A stretch of DNA of 64,000 nt from Mnemiopsis leidyi (Eukaryota), in the NCBI GenBank assembly GCA_048537945.1, contig CM108484.1, positions 9,059,785 through 9,123,784 on the forward strand, written 5' to 3'. Under the pieces are notes generated by a model. It was not told the DNA's origin. It made no database searches and saw only the letters and a list, made by a program, of their open reading frames with translations. The translations under genes were made by a program, and so were the position numbers. Below are positions 26,601 through 41,600 of the stretch, piece after piece (the first letter of the stretch is position 1; every line of letters starts with the position of its first letter).

Positions 26601-29600
26601 GTTCTATGGTCAGAGTACATATTTCGAGATATTTCCTTGTGTTTGAGGTTGTATCTCGAAAACTAACACATAGACCCCCAAATTTTTTTACATTTTCTGA
26701 TAGTTTAGATCAAAAGGAACATACTGTGAAAGTTTAAAGAAAATCGCACGGTGGGAACACCTTCAAAAAGGCCTTGTTCCAAAATTTTGGCAATTTGGAA
26801 CAATGGAACAAGAAAGTCCAACTCCGTGGTTTTTTAGCTATATCTCGAAAACTAAAAAATAGGCCCCCATTTTTTTCGACGAATTCTTGTAGTTTTGATC
26901 GATAGGAACATTCTGAGAAAGTGTAAAGGAAATTGTACAGTGGGAACACCTCCAAAAAGGCCTTGTTCCATGGTCAGAGTACATATTTCGAGATATTTCC
27001 TTGTGTTTGAGGTTGTATCTCGAAAACTAACACATAGACCCCCAAATTTTTTTACATTTTCTGATAGTTTAGATCAAAAGGAACATACTGTGAAAGTTTA
27101 AAGAAAATCGCACGGTGGGAACACCTTCAAAAAGGCCTTGTTCCAAAATTTTGGCTATTTGGAACAATGGAACAAGAAAGTCCAACTCCGTGGTTTTTTA
27201 GCTATATCTCGAAAACTAAAAAATAGGCCCCCATTTTTTTCGACGAATTCTTGTAGTTTTGATCGATAGGAACATTCTGAGAAAGTGTAAAGGAAATTGT
27301 ACAGTGGGAACACCTCCAAAAAGGCCTTGTTCCATGGTCAGAGTACATATTTCGAGATATTTCCTTGTGTTTGAGGTTGTATCTCGAAAACTAACACATA
27401 GACCCCCAAATTTTTTTACATTTTCTGATAGTTTAGATCAATAGGAACATACTGTGAAAGTTTAAAGAAAATCGCACGGTCGGAACACCTCCAAAAAGGC
27501 CTTGTTCCATGGTCAGAGTACATATTTCGAGATATTTCCTTGTGTTTGAGGTTGTATCTCGAAAACTAACACATAGACCCCCCAATTTTTTTACATTTTC
27601 TGATAGTTTAGATCAAAAGGAACATACTGTGAAAGTTTAAAGAAAATCGCACGGTGGGAACACCTTCAAAAAGGCCTTGTTCCAAAATTTTGGCTATTTG
27701 GAACAATGGAACAAGAAAGTCCAACTCCGTGGTTTTTTAGCTATATCTCGAAAACTAAAAAATAGGCCCCCATTTTTTTCGACGAATTCTTGTAGTTCTG
27801 ATCGATAGGAACATTCTGAGAAAGTGTAAAGGAAATTGTACAGTGGGAACAACTCCAAAAAGGCCTTGTTCCATGGTCAGATTACATATTTCGAGATATT
27901 TCGTTGTGTTTGAGGTTGTATCTCGAAAACTAACACATAGACCCCCAAATTTTTTTACATTTTCTGATAGTTTAGATCAAAAGGAACATACTGTGAAAGT
28001 TTAAAGAAAATCGCACGGTGGGAACACCTCCAAATAGGCCTTGTTCCATGGTCAGAGTACATATTTCGAGATATTTCCTTGTGTTTGAGGTTGTATCTCG
28101 AAAACTAACACATAGACCCCCCAATTTTTTTACATTTTCTGATAGTTTAGATCAAAAGGAACATACTGTGAAAGTTTAAAGAAAATCGCACGGTGGGAAC
28201 ACCTTCAAAAAGGCCTTGTTCCAAAATTTTGGCTATTTGGAACAATGGAACAAGAAAGTCAAACTCCGTGGTTTTTTAGCTATATCTCGAAAACTAAAAA
28301 ATAGGCCCCCATTTTTTTCGACGAATTCTTGTAGTTCTGATCGATAGGAACATTCTGAGAAAGTGTAAAGGAAATTGTACAGTGGGAACACCTCCAAAAA
28401 GGCCTTGTTCCATGGTCAGAGTACATATTTCGAGATATTTCCTTGTGTTTGAGGTTGTATCTCGAAAACTAACACATAGACCCCCAAATTTTTTTACATT
28501 TTCTGATAGTTTAGATCAAAAGGAACATACTGTGAAAGTTTAAAGAAAATCGCACGGTGGGAACACCTCCAAATAGGCCTTGTTCCATGGTCAGAGTACA
28601 TATTTCGAGATATTTCCTTGTGTTTGAGGTTGTATCTCGAAAACTAACACATAGACCCCCCAATTTTTTTACATTTTCTGATAGTTTAGATCAAAAGGAA
28701 CATACTGTGAAAGTTTAAAGAAAATCGCACGGTGGGAACACCTTCAAAAAGGCCTTGTTCCAAAATTTTGGCTATTTGGAACAATGGAACAAGAAAGTCA
28801 AACTCCGTGGTTTTTTAGCTATATCTCGAAAACTAAAAAATAGGCCCCCATTTTTTTCGACGAATTCTTGTAGTTCTGATCGATAGGAACATTCTGAGAA
28901 AGTGTAAAGGAAATTGTACAGTGGGAACACCTCCAAAAAGGCCTTGTTCCATGGTCAGAGTACATATTTCGAGATATTTCCTTGTGTTTGAGGTTGTATC
29001 TCGAAAACTAACACATAGACCCCCAAATTTTTTTACATTTTCTGATAGTTTAGATCAAAAGGAACATACTGTGAAAGTTTAAAGAAAATCGCACGGTGGG
29101 AACACCTTCAAAAAGGCCCTGTTCTATGGTCAGAGTACATATTTCGAGATATTTCCTTGTGTTTGAGGTTGTATCTCGAAAACTAACAAATAGACCCCCA
29201 AATTTTTTTACATTTTCTGATAGTTTAGATCAAAAGGAACATACTGTGAAAGTTTAAAGAAAATCGCACGGTGGGAACACCTTCAAAAAGGCCTTGTTCC
29301 AAAATTTTGGCAATTTGGAACAATGGAACAAGAAAGTCCAACTCCGTGGTTTTTTAGCTATATCTCGAAAACTAAAAAATAGGCCCCCATTTTTTTCGAC
29401 GAATTCTTGTAGTTTTGATCGATAGGAACATTCTGAGAAAGTGTAAAGGAAATTGTACAGTGGGAACACCTCCAAAAAGGCCTTGTTCCATGGTCAGAGT
29501 ACATATTTCGAGATATTTCCTTGTGTTTGAGGTTGTATCTCGAAAACTAACACATAGACCCCCAAATTTTTTTACATTTTCTGATAGTTTAGATCAAAAG

Positions 29601-32600
29601 GAACATACTGTGAAAGTTTAAAGAAAATCGCACGGTGGGAACACCTTCAAAAAGGCCCTGTTCTATGGTCAGAGTACATATTTCGAGATATTTCCTTGTG
29701 TTTGAGGTTGTATCTCGAAAACTAACACATAGACCCCCAAATTTTTTTACATTTTCTGATAGTTTAGATCAAAAGGAACATACTGTGAAAGTTTAAAGAA
29801 AATCGCACGGTGGGAACACCTTCAAAAAGGCCTTGTTCCAAAATTTTGGCAATTTGGAACAATGGAACAAGAAAGTCCAACTCCGTGGTTTTTTAGCTAT
29901 ATCTCGAAAACTAAAAAATAGGCCCCCATTTTTTTCGACGAATTCTTGTAGTTTTGATCGATAGGAACATTCTGAGAAAGTGTAAAGGAAATTGTACAGT
30001 GGGAACACCTCCAAAAAGGCCTTGTTCCATGGTCAGAGTACATATTTCGAGATATTTCCTTGTGTTTGAGGTTGTATCTCGAAAACTAACACATAGACCC
30101 CCAAATTTTTTTACATTTTCTGATAGTTTAGATCAAAAGGAACATACTGTGAAAGTTTAAAGAAAATCGCACGGTGGGAACACCTTCAAAAAGGCCTTGT
30201 TCCAAAATTTTGGCTATTTGGAACAATGGAACAAGAAAGTCCAACTCCGTGGTTTTTTAGCTATATCTCGAAAACTAAAAAATAGGCCCCCATTTTTTTC
30301 GACGAATTCTTGTAGTTTTGATCGATAGGAACATTCTGAGAAAGTGTAAAGGAAATTGTACAGTGGGAACACCTCCAAAAAGGCCTTGTTCCATGGTCAG
30401 AGTACATATTTCGAGATATTTCCTTGTGTTTGAGGTTGTATCTCGAAAACTAACACATAGACCCCCAAATTTTTTTACATTTTCTGATAGTTTAGATCAA
30501 TAGGAACATACTGTGAAAGTTTAAAGAAAATCGCACGGTCGGAACACCTCCAAAAAGGCCTTGTTCCATGGTCAGAGTACATATTTCGAGATATTTCCTT
30601 GTGTTTGAGGTTGTATCTCGAAAACTAACACATAGACCCCCCAATTTTTTTACATTTTCTGATAGTTTAGATCAAAAGGAACATACTGTGAAAGTTTAAA
30701 GAAAATCGCACGGTGGGAACACCTTCAAAAAGGCCTTGTTCCAAAATTTTGGCTATTTGGAACAATGGAACAAGAAAGTCCAACTCCGTGGTTTTTTAGC
30801 TATATCTCGAAAACTAAAAAATAGGCCCCCATTTTTTTCGACGAATTCTTGTAGTTCTGATCGATAGGAACATTCTGAGAAAGTGTAAAGGAAATTGTAC
30901 AGTGGGAACAACTCCAAAAAGGCCTTGTTCCATGGTCAGATTACATATTTCGAGATATTTCGTTGTGTTTGAGGTTGTATCTCGAAAACTAACACATAGA
31001 CCCCCAAATTTTTTTACATTTTCTGATAGTTTAGATCAAAAGGAACATACTGTGAAAGTTTAAAGAAAATCGCACGGTGGGAACACCTCCAAATAGGCCT
31101 TGTTCCATGGTCAGAGTACATATTTCGAGATATTTCCTTGTGTTTGAGGTTGTATCTCGAAAACTAACACATAGACCCCCCAATTTTTTTACATTTTCTG
31201 ATAGTTTAGATCAAAAGGAACATACTGTGAAAGTTTAAAGAAAATCGCACGGTGGGAACACCTTCAAAAAGGCCTTGTTCCAAAATTTTGGCTATTTGGA
31301 ACAATGGAACAAGAAAGTCAAACTCCGTGGTTTTTTAGCTATATCTCGAAAACTAAAAAATAGGCCCCCATTTTTTTCGACGAATTCTTGTAGTTCTGAT
31401 CGATAGGAACATTCTGAGAAAGTGTAAAGGAAATTGTACAGTGGGAACACCTCCAAAAAGGCCTTGTTCCATGGTCAGAGTACATATTTCGAGATATTTC
31501 CTTGTGTTTGAGGTTGTATCTCGAAAACTAACACATAGACCCCCAAATTTTTTTACATTTTCTGATAGTTTAGATCAAAAGGAACATACTGTGAAAGTTT
31601 AAAGAAAATCGCACGGTGGGAACACCTCCAAATAGGCCTTGTTCCATGGTCAGAGTACATATTTCGAGATATTTCCTTGTGTTTGAGGTTGTATCTCGAA
31701 AACTAACACATAGACCCCCCAATTTTTTTACATTTTCTGATAGTTTAGATCAAAAGGAACATACTGTGAAAGTTTAAAGAAAATCGCACGGTGGGAACAC
31801 CTTCAAAAAGGCCTTGTTCCAAAATTTTGGCTATTTGGAACAATGGAACAAGAAAGTCAAACTCCGTGGTTTTTTAGCTATATCTCGAAAACTAAAAAAT
31901 AGGCCCCCATTTTTTTCGACGAATTCTTGTAGTTCTGATCGATAGGAACATTCTGAGAAAGTGTAAAGGAAATTGTACAGTGGGAACACCTCCAAAAAGG
32001 CCTTGTTCCATGGTCAGAGTACATATTTCGAGATATTTCCTTGTGTTTGAGGTTGTATCTCGAAAACTAACACATAGACCCCCAAATTTTTTTACATTTT
32101 CTGATAGTTTAGATCAAAAGGAACATACTGTGAAAGTTTAAAGAAAATCGCACGGTGGGAACACCTTCAAAAAGGCCCTGTTCTATGGTCAGAGTACATA
32201 TTTCGAGATATTTCCTTGTGTTTGAGGTTGTATCTCGAAAACTAACAAATAGACCCCCAAATTTTTTTACATTTTCTGATAGTTTAGATCAAAAGGAACA
32301 TACTGTGAAAGTTTAAAGAAAATCGCACGGTGGGAACACCTTCAAAAAGGCCTTGTTCCAAAATTTTGGCAATTTGGAACAATGGAACAAGAAAGTCCAA
32401 CTCCGTGGTTTTTTAGCTATATCTCGAAAACTAAAAAATAGGCCCCCATTTTTTTCGACGAATTCTTGTAGTTTTGATCGATAGGAACATTCTGAGAAAG
32501 TGTAAAGGAAATTGTACAGTGGGAACACCTCCAAAAAGGCCTTGTTCCATGGTCAGAGTACATATTTCGAGATATTTCCTTGTGTTTGAGGTTGTATCTC

Positions 32601-35600
32601 GAAAACTAACACATAGACCCCCAAATGTTTTTACATTTTCTGATAGTTTAGATCAAAAGAAACATACTGTGAAAGTTTAAAGAAAATCGCACGGTGGGAA
32701 CACCTCCAAAAAGGCCTTGTTCCATGGTCAGAGTACATATTTCGAGATATTTCCTTGTGTTTAAGGTTGTATCTCGAAAACTAACACATAGACCCCCAAA
32801 TTTTTTTACATTTTCTGATAGTTTAGATCAAAAGGAACATACTGTGAAAGTTTAAAGAAAATCGCACGGTGGGAACACCTTCAAAAAGGCCCTGTTCTAT
32901 GGTCAGAGTACATATTTCGAGATATTTCCTTGTGTTTGAGGTTGTATCTCGAAAACTAACACATAGACCCCCAAATTTTTTTACATTTTCTGATAGTTTA
33001 GATCAAAAGGAACATACTGTGAAAGTTTAAAGAAAATCGCACGGTGGGAACACCTTCAAAAAGGCCTTGTTCCAAAATTTTGGCAATTTGGAACAATGGA
33101 ACAAGAAAGTCCAACTCCGTGGTTTTTTAGCTATATCTCGAAAACTAAAAAATAGGCCCCCATTTTTTTCGACGAATTCTTGTAGTTTTGATCGATAGGA
33201 ACATTCTGAGAAAGTGTAAAGGAAATTGTACAGTGGGAACACCTCCAAAAAGGCCTTGTTCCATGGTCAGAGTACATATTTCGAGATATTTCCTTGTGTT
33301 TGAGGTTGTATCTCGAAAACTAACACATAGACCCCCAAATTTTTTTACATTTTCTGATAGTTTAGATCAAAAGAAACATACTGTGAAAGTTTAAAGAAAA
33401 TCGCACGGTGGGAACACCTTCAAAAAGGCCCTGTTCTATGGTCAGAGTACATATTTCGAGATATTTCCTTGTGTTTGAGGTTGTATCTCGAAAACTAACA
33501 CATAGACCCCCAAATTTTTTTACATTTTCTGATAGTTTAGATCAAAAGGAACATACTGTGAAAGTTTAAAGAAAATCGCACGGTGGGAACACCTTCAATA
33601 AGGCCTTGTTCCAAAATTTTGGCAATTTGGAACAATGGAACAAGAAAGTCCAACTCCGTGGTTTTTTAGCTATATCTCGAAAACTAAAAAATAGGCCCCC
33701 ATTTTTTTCGACGAATTCTTGTAGTTTTGATCGATAGGAACATTCTGAGAAAGTGTAAAGGAAATTGTACAGTGGGAACACCTCCAAAAAGGCCTTGTTC
33801 CATGGTCAGAGTACATATTTCGAGATATTTCCTTGTGTTTGAGGTTGTATCTCGAAAACTAACACATAGACCCCCAAATTTTTTTACATTTTCTGATAAT
33901 TTAGATCGAAAGAAACATACTGTGAAAGTTTAAAGAAAATCGCACGGTGGGAACACCTTCAAAAAGGCCCTGTTCTATGGTCAGAGTACATATTTCGAGA
34001 TATTTCCTTGTGTTTGAGGTTGTATCTCGAAAACTAACACATAGACCCCCCAATATTTTTACATTTTCTGATAGTTTAGATCAAAAGGAACATACTGTGA
34101 AAGTTTAAAGAAAATCGCACGGTGGGAACACCTTCAATAAGGCCTTGTTCCAAAATTTTGGCAATTTGGAACAATGGAACAAGAAAGTCCAACTCCGTGG
34201 TTTTTTAGCTATATCTCGAAAACTAAAAAATAGGCCCCCATTTTTTTCGACGAATTCTTGTAGTTTTGATCGATAGGAACATTCTGAGAAAGTGTAAAGG
34301 AAATTGTACAGTGGGAACACCTCCAAAAAGGCCTTGTTCCATGGTCAGAGTACATATTTCGAGATATTTCCTTGTGTTTGAGGTTGTATCTCGAAAACTA
34401 ACACATAGACCCCCAAATTTTTTTACATTTTCTGATAGTTTAGATCAAAAGGAACATACTGTGAAAGTTTAAAGAAAATCGCACGGTGGGAACACCTTCA
34501 AAAAGGCCCTGTTCTATGGTCAGAGTACATATTTCGAGATATTTCCTTGTGTTTGAGGTTGTATCTCGAAAACTAACAAATAGACCCCCAAATTTTTTTA
34601 CATTTTCTGATAGTTTAGATCAAAAGGAACATACTGTGAAAGTTTAAAGAAAATCGCACGGTGGGAACACCTTCAAAAAGGCCTTGTTCCAAAATTTTGG
34701 CAATTTGGAACAATGGAACAAGAAAGTCCAACTCCGTGGTTTTTTAGCTATATCTCGAAAACTAAAAAATAGGCCCCCATTTTTTTCGACGAATTCTTGT
34801 AGTTTTGATCGATAGGAACATTCTGAGAAAGTGTAAAGGAAATTGTACAGTGGGAACACCTCCAAAAAGGCCTTGTTCCATGGTCAGAGTACATATTTCG
34901 AGATATTTCCTTGTGTTTGAGGTTGTATCTCGAAAACTAACACATAGACCCCCAAATGTTTTTACATTTTCTGATAGTTTAGATCAAAAGAAACATACTG
35001 TGAAAGTTTAAAGAAAATCGCACGGTGGGAACACCTCCAAAAAGGCCTTGTTCCATGGTCAGAGTACATATTTCGAGATATTTCCTTGTGTTTAAGGTTG
35101 TATCTCGAAAACTAACACATAGACCCCCAAATTTTTTTACATTTTCTGATAGTTTAGATCAAAAGGAACATACTGTGAAAGTTTAAAGAAAATCGCACGG
35201 TGGGAACACCTTCAAAAAGGCCCTGTTCTATGGTCAGAGTACATATTTCGAGATATTTCCTTGTGTTTGAGGTTGTATCTCGAAAACTAACACATAGACC
35301 CCCAAATTTTTTTACATTTTCTGATAGTTTAGATCAAAAGGAACATACTGTGAAAGTTTAAAGAAAATCGCACGGTGGGAACACCTTCAAAAAGGCCCTG
35401 TTCTATGGTCAGAGTACATATTTCGAGATATTTCCTTGTGTTTGAGGTTGTATCTCGAAAACTAACAAATAGACCCCCAAATTTTTTTACATTTTCTGAT
35501 AGTTTAGATCAAAAGGAACATACTGTGAAAGTTTAAAGAAAATCGCACGGTGGGAACACCTTCAAAAAGGCCTTGTTCCAAAATTTTGGCAATTTGGAAC

Positions 35601-38600
35601 AATGGAACAAGAAAGTCCAACTCCGTGGTTTTTTAGCTATATCTCGAAAACTAAAAAATAGGCCCCCATTTTTTTCGACGAATTCTTGTAGTTTTGATCG
35701 ATAGGAACATTCTGAGAAAGTGTAAAGGAAATTGTACAGTGGGAACACCTCCAAAAAGGCCTTGTTCCATGGTCAGAGTACATATTTCGAGATATTTCCT
35801 TGTGTTTGAGGTTGTATCTCGAAAACTAACACATAGACCCCCAAATTTTTTTACATTTTCTGATAGTTTAGATCAAAAGAAACATACTGTGAAAGTTTAA
35901 AGAAAATCGCACGGTGGGAACACCTTCAAAAAGGCCCTGTTCTATGGTCAGAGTACATATTTCGAGATATTTCCTTGTGTTTGAGGTTGTATCTCGAAAA
36001 CTAACACATAGACCCCCCAATATTTTTACATTTTCTGATAGTTTAGATCAAAAGGAACATACTGTGAAAGTTTAAAGAAAATCGCACGGTGGGAACACCT
36101 TCAATAAGGCCTTGTTCCAAAATTTTGGCAATTTGGAACAATGGAACAAGAAAGTCCAACTCCGTGGTTTTTTAGCTATATCTCGAAAACTAAAAAATAG
36201 GCCCCCATTTTTTTCGACGAATTCTTGTAGTTTTGATCGATAGGAACATTCTGAGAAAGTGTAAAGGAAATTGTACAGTGGGAACACCTCCAAAAAGGCC
36301 TTGTTCCATGGTCAGAGTACATATTTCGAGATATTTCCTTGTGTTTGAGGTTGTATCTCGAAAACTAACACATAGACCCCCAAATTTTTTTACATTTTCT
36401 GATAATTTAGATCGAAAGGAACATACTGTGAAAGTTTAAAGAAAATCGCACGGTGGGAACACCTCCAAAAAGGCCTTGTTCCATGGTCAGAGTACATATT
36501 TCGAGATATTTCCTTGTGTTTGAGGTTGTATCTCGAAAACTAACACATAGACCCCCAAATGTTTTTACATTTTCTGATAGTTTAGATCAAAAGAAACATA
36601 CTGTGAAAGTTTAAAGAAAATCGCACGGTGGGAACACCTCCAAAAAGGCCTTGTTCCATGGTCAGAGTACATATTTCGAGATATTTCCTTGTGTTTGAGG
36701 TTGTATCTCGAAAACTAACACATAGACCCCCAAATTTTTTTACATTTTCTGATAGTTTAGATCAAAAGGAACATACTGTGAAAGTTTAAAGAAAATCGCA
36801 CGGTGGGAACACCTTCAAAAAGGCCCTGTTCTATGGTCAGAGTACATATTTCGAGATATTTCCTTGTGTTTGAGGTTGTATCTCGAAAACTAACACATAG
36901 ACCCCCAAATTTTTTTACATTTTCTGATAGTTTAGATCAAAAGGAACATACTGTGAAAGTTTAAAGAAAATCGCACGGTGGGAACACCTTCAAAAAGGCC
37001 TTGTTCCAAAATTTTGGCAATTTGGAACAATGGAACAAGAAAGTCCAACTCCGTGGTTTTTTAGCTATATCTCGAAAACTAAAAAATAGGCCCCCATTTT
37101 TTTCGACGAATTCTTGTAGTTTTGATCGATAGGAACATTCTGAGAAAGTGTAAAGGAAATTGTACAGTGGGAACACCTCCAAAAAGGCCTTGTTCCATGG
37201 TCAGAGTACATATTTCGAGATATTTCCTTGTGTTTGAGGTTGTATCTCGAAAACTAACACATAGACCCCCAAATTTTTTTACATTTTCTGATAGTTTAGA
37301 TCAAAAGAAACATACTGTGAAAGTTTAAAGAAAATCGCACGGTGGGAACACCTTCAAAAAGGCCCTGTTCTATGGTCAGAGTACATATTTCGAGATATTT
37401 CCTTGTGTTTGAGGTTGTATCTCGAAAACTAACACATAGACCCCCAAATTTTTTTACATTTTCTGATAGTTTAGATCAAAAGGAACATACTGTGAAAGTT
37501 TAAAGAAAATCGCACGGTGGGAACACCTTCAATAAGGCCTTGTTCCAAAATTTTGGCAATTTGGAACAATGGAACAAGAAAGTCCAACTCCGTGGTTTTT
37601 TAGCTATATCTCGAAAACTAAAAAATAGGCCCCCATTTTTTTCGACGAATTCTTGTAGTTTTGATCGATAGGAACATTCTGAGAAAGTGTAAAGGAAATT
37701 GTACAGTGGGAACACCTCCAAAAAGGCCTTGTTCCATGGTCAGAGTACATATTTCGAGATATTTCCTTGTGTTTGAGGTTGTATCTCGAAAACTAACACA
37801 TAGACCCCCAAATTTTTTTACATTTTCTGATAATTTAGATCGAAAGGAACATACTGTGAAAGTTTAAAGAAAATCGCACGGTGGGAACACCTCCAAAAAG
37901 GCCTTGTTCCATGGTCAGAGTACATATTTCGAGATATTTCCTTGTGTTTGAGGTTGTATCTCGAAAACTAACACATAGACCCCCAAATGTTTTTACATTT
38001 TCTGATAGTTTAGATCAAAAGAAACATACTGTGAAAGTTTAAAGAAAATCGCACGGTGGGAACACCTCCAAAAAGGCCTTGTTCCATGGTCAGAGTACAT
38101 ATTTCGAGATATTTCCTTGTGTTTGAGGTTGTATCTCGAAAACTAACACATAGACCCCCAAATTTTTTTACATTTTCTGATAGTTTAGATCAATAGAAAC
38201 ATACTGTGAAAGTTTAAAGAAAATCGCACGGTGGGAACACCTTCAAAAAGGCCCTGTTCTATGGTCAGAGTACATATTTCGAGATATTTCCTTGTGTTTG
38301 AGGTTGTATCTCGAAAACTAACACATAGACCCCCAAATTTTTTTACATTTTCTGATAGTTTAGATCAAATGGAACATACTGTGAAAGTTTAAAGAAAATC
38401 GCACGGTGGGAACATCTTCAAAAAGGCCTTGTTCCAAAATTTTGGCAATTTGGAACAATGGAACAAGAAAGTCCAACTCCGTGGTTTTTTAGCTATATCT
38501 CGAAAACTAAAAAATAGGCCCCCATTTTTTTCGACGAATTCTTGTAGTTTTGATCGATAGGAACATTCTGAGAAAGTGTAAAGGAAATTGTACAGTGGGA

Positions 38601-41600
38601 ACACCTCCAAAAAGGCCTTGTTCCATGGTCAGAGTACATATTTCGAGATATTTCCTTGTGTTTGAGGTTGTATCTCGAAAACTAACACATAGACCCCCAA
38701 ATTTTTTTACATTTTCTGATAGTTTAGATCAAAAGGAACATACTGTGAAAGTTTAAAGAAAATCGCACGGTGGGAACACCTTCAAAAAGGCCCTGTTCTA
38801 TGGTCAGAGTACATATTTCGAGATATTTCCTTGTGTTTGAGGTTGTATCTCGAAAACTAACAAATAGACCCCCAAATTTTTTTACATTTTCTGATAGTTT
38901 AGATCAAAAGGAACATACTGTGAAAGTTTAAAGAAAATCGCACGGTGGGAACACCTTCAAAAAGGCCTTGTTCCAAAATTTTGGCAATTTGGAACAATGG
39001 AACAAGAAAGTCCAACTCCGTGGTTTTTTAGCTATATCTCGAAAACTAAAAAATAGGCCCCCATTTTTTTCGACGAATTCTTGTAGTTTTGATCGATAGG
39101 AACATTCTGAGAAAGTGTAAAGGAAATTGTACAGTGGGAACACCTCCAAAAAGGCCTTGTTCCATGGTCAGAGTACATATTTCGAGATATTTCCTTGTGT
39201 TTGAGGTTGTATCTCGAAAACTAACACATAGACCCCCAAATTTTTTTACATTTTCTGATAGTTTAGATCAAAAGAAACATACTGTGAAAGTTTAAAGAAA
39301 ATCGCACGGTGGGAACACCTTCAAAAAGGCCCTGTTCTATGGTCAGAGTACATATTTCGAGATATTTCCTTGTGTTTGAGGTTGTATCTCGAAAACTAAC
39401 ACATAGACCCCCCAATATTTTTACATTTTCTGATAGTTTAGATCAAAAGGAACATACTGTGAAAGTTTAAAGAAAATCGCACGGTGGGAACACCTTCAAT
39501 AAGGCCTTGTTCCAAAATTTTGGCAATTTGGAACAATGGAACAAGAAAGTCCAACTCCGTGGTTTTTTAGCTATATCTCGAAAACTAAAAAATAGGCCCC
39601 CATTTTTTTCGACGAATTCTTGTAGTTTTGATCGATAGGAACATTCTGAGAAAGTGTAAAGGAAATTGTACAGTGGGAACACCTCCAAAAAGGCCTTGTT
39701 CCATGGTCAGAGTACATATTTCGAGATATTTCCTTGTGTTTGAGGTTGTATCTCGAAAACTAACACATAGACCCCCAAATTTTTTTACATTTTCTGATAG
39801 TTTAGATCAAAAGGAACATACTGTGAAAGTTTAAAGAAAATCGCACGGTGGGAACACCTTCAAAAAGGCCCTGTTCTATGGTCAGAGTACATATTTCGAG
39901 ATATTTCCTTGTGTTTGAGGTTGTATCTCGAAAACTAACAAATAGACCCCCAAATTTTTTTACATTTTCTGATAGTTTAGATCAAAAGGAACATACTGTG
40001 AAAGTTTAAAGAAAATCGCACGGTGGGAACACCTTCAAAAAGGCCTTGTTCCAAAATTTTGGCAATTTGGAACAATGGAACAAGAAAGTCCAACTCCGTG
40101 GTTTTTTAGCTATATCTCGAAAACTAAAAAATAGGCCCCCATTTTTTTCGACGAATTCTTGTAGTTTTGATCGATAGGAACATTCTGAGAAAGTGTAAAG
40201 GAAATTGTACAGTGGGAACACCTCCAAAAAGGCCTTGTTCCATGGTCAGAGTACATATTTCGAGATATTTCCTTGTGTTTGAGGTTGTATCTCGAAAACT
40301 AACACATAGACCCCAAAATTTTTTTACATTTTCTGATAGTTTAGATCAAAAGAAACATACTGTGAAAGTTTAAAGAAAATCGCACGGTGGGAACACCTTC
40401 AAAAAGGCCCTGTTCTATGGTCAGAGTACATATTTCGAGATATTTCCTTGTGTTTGAGGTTGTATCTCGAAAACTAACACATAGACCCCCCAATATTTTT
40501 ACATTTTCTGATAGTTTAGATCAAAAGGAACATACTGTGAAAGTTTAAAGAAAATCGCACGGTGGGAACACCTTCAATAAGGCCTTGTTCCAAAATTTTG
40601 GCAATTTGGAACAATGGAACAAGAAAGTCCAACTCCGTGGTTTTTTAGCTATATCTCGAAAACTAAAAAATAGGCCCCCATTTTTTTCGACGAATTCTTG
40701 TAGTTTTGATCGATAGGAACATTCTGAGAAAGTGTAAAGGAAATTGTACAGTGGGAACACCTCCAAAAAGGCCTTGTTCCATGGTCAGAGTACATATTTC
40801 GAGATATTTCCTTGTGTTTGAGGTTGTATCTCGAAAACTAACACATAGACCCCCAAATGTTTTTACATTTTCTGATAGTTTAGATCAAAAGAAACATACT
40901 GTGAAAGTTTAAAGAAAATCGCACGGTGGGAACACCTCCAAAAAGGCCTTGTTCCATGGTCAGAGTACATATTTCGAGATATTTCCTTGTGTTTGAGGTT
41001 GTATCTCGAAAACTAACACATAGACCCCCAAATTTTTTTACATTTTCTGATAGTTTAGATCAAAACAAACATACTGTGAAAGTTTAAAGAAAATCGCACG
41101 GTGGGAACACCTTCAAAAAGGCCCTGTTCTATGGTCAGAGTACATATTTCGAGATATTTCCTTGTGTTTGAGGTTGTATCTCGAAAACTAACACATAGAC
41201 CCCCCAATATTTTTACATTTTCTGATAGTTTAGATCAAAAGGAACATACTGTGAAAGTTTAAAGAAAATCGCACGGTGGGAACACCTTCAATAAGGCCTT
41301 GTTCCAAAATTTTGGCAATTTGGAACAATGGAACAAGAAAGTCCAACTCCGTGGTTTTTTAGCTATATCTCGAAAACTAAAAAATAGGCCCCCATTTTTT
41401 TCGACGAATTCTTGTAGTTTTGATCGATAGGAACATTCTGAGAAAGTGTAAAGGGAATTGTACAGTGGGAACACCTCCAAAAAGGCCTTGTTCCATGGTC
41501 AGAGTACATATTTCGAGATATTTCCTTGTGTTTGAGGTTGTATCTCGAAAACTAACACATAGACCCCCAAATTTTTTTACATTTTCTGATAATTTAGATC

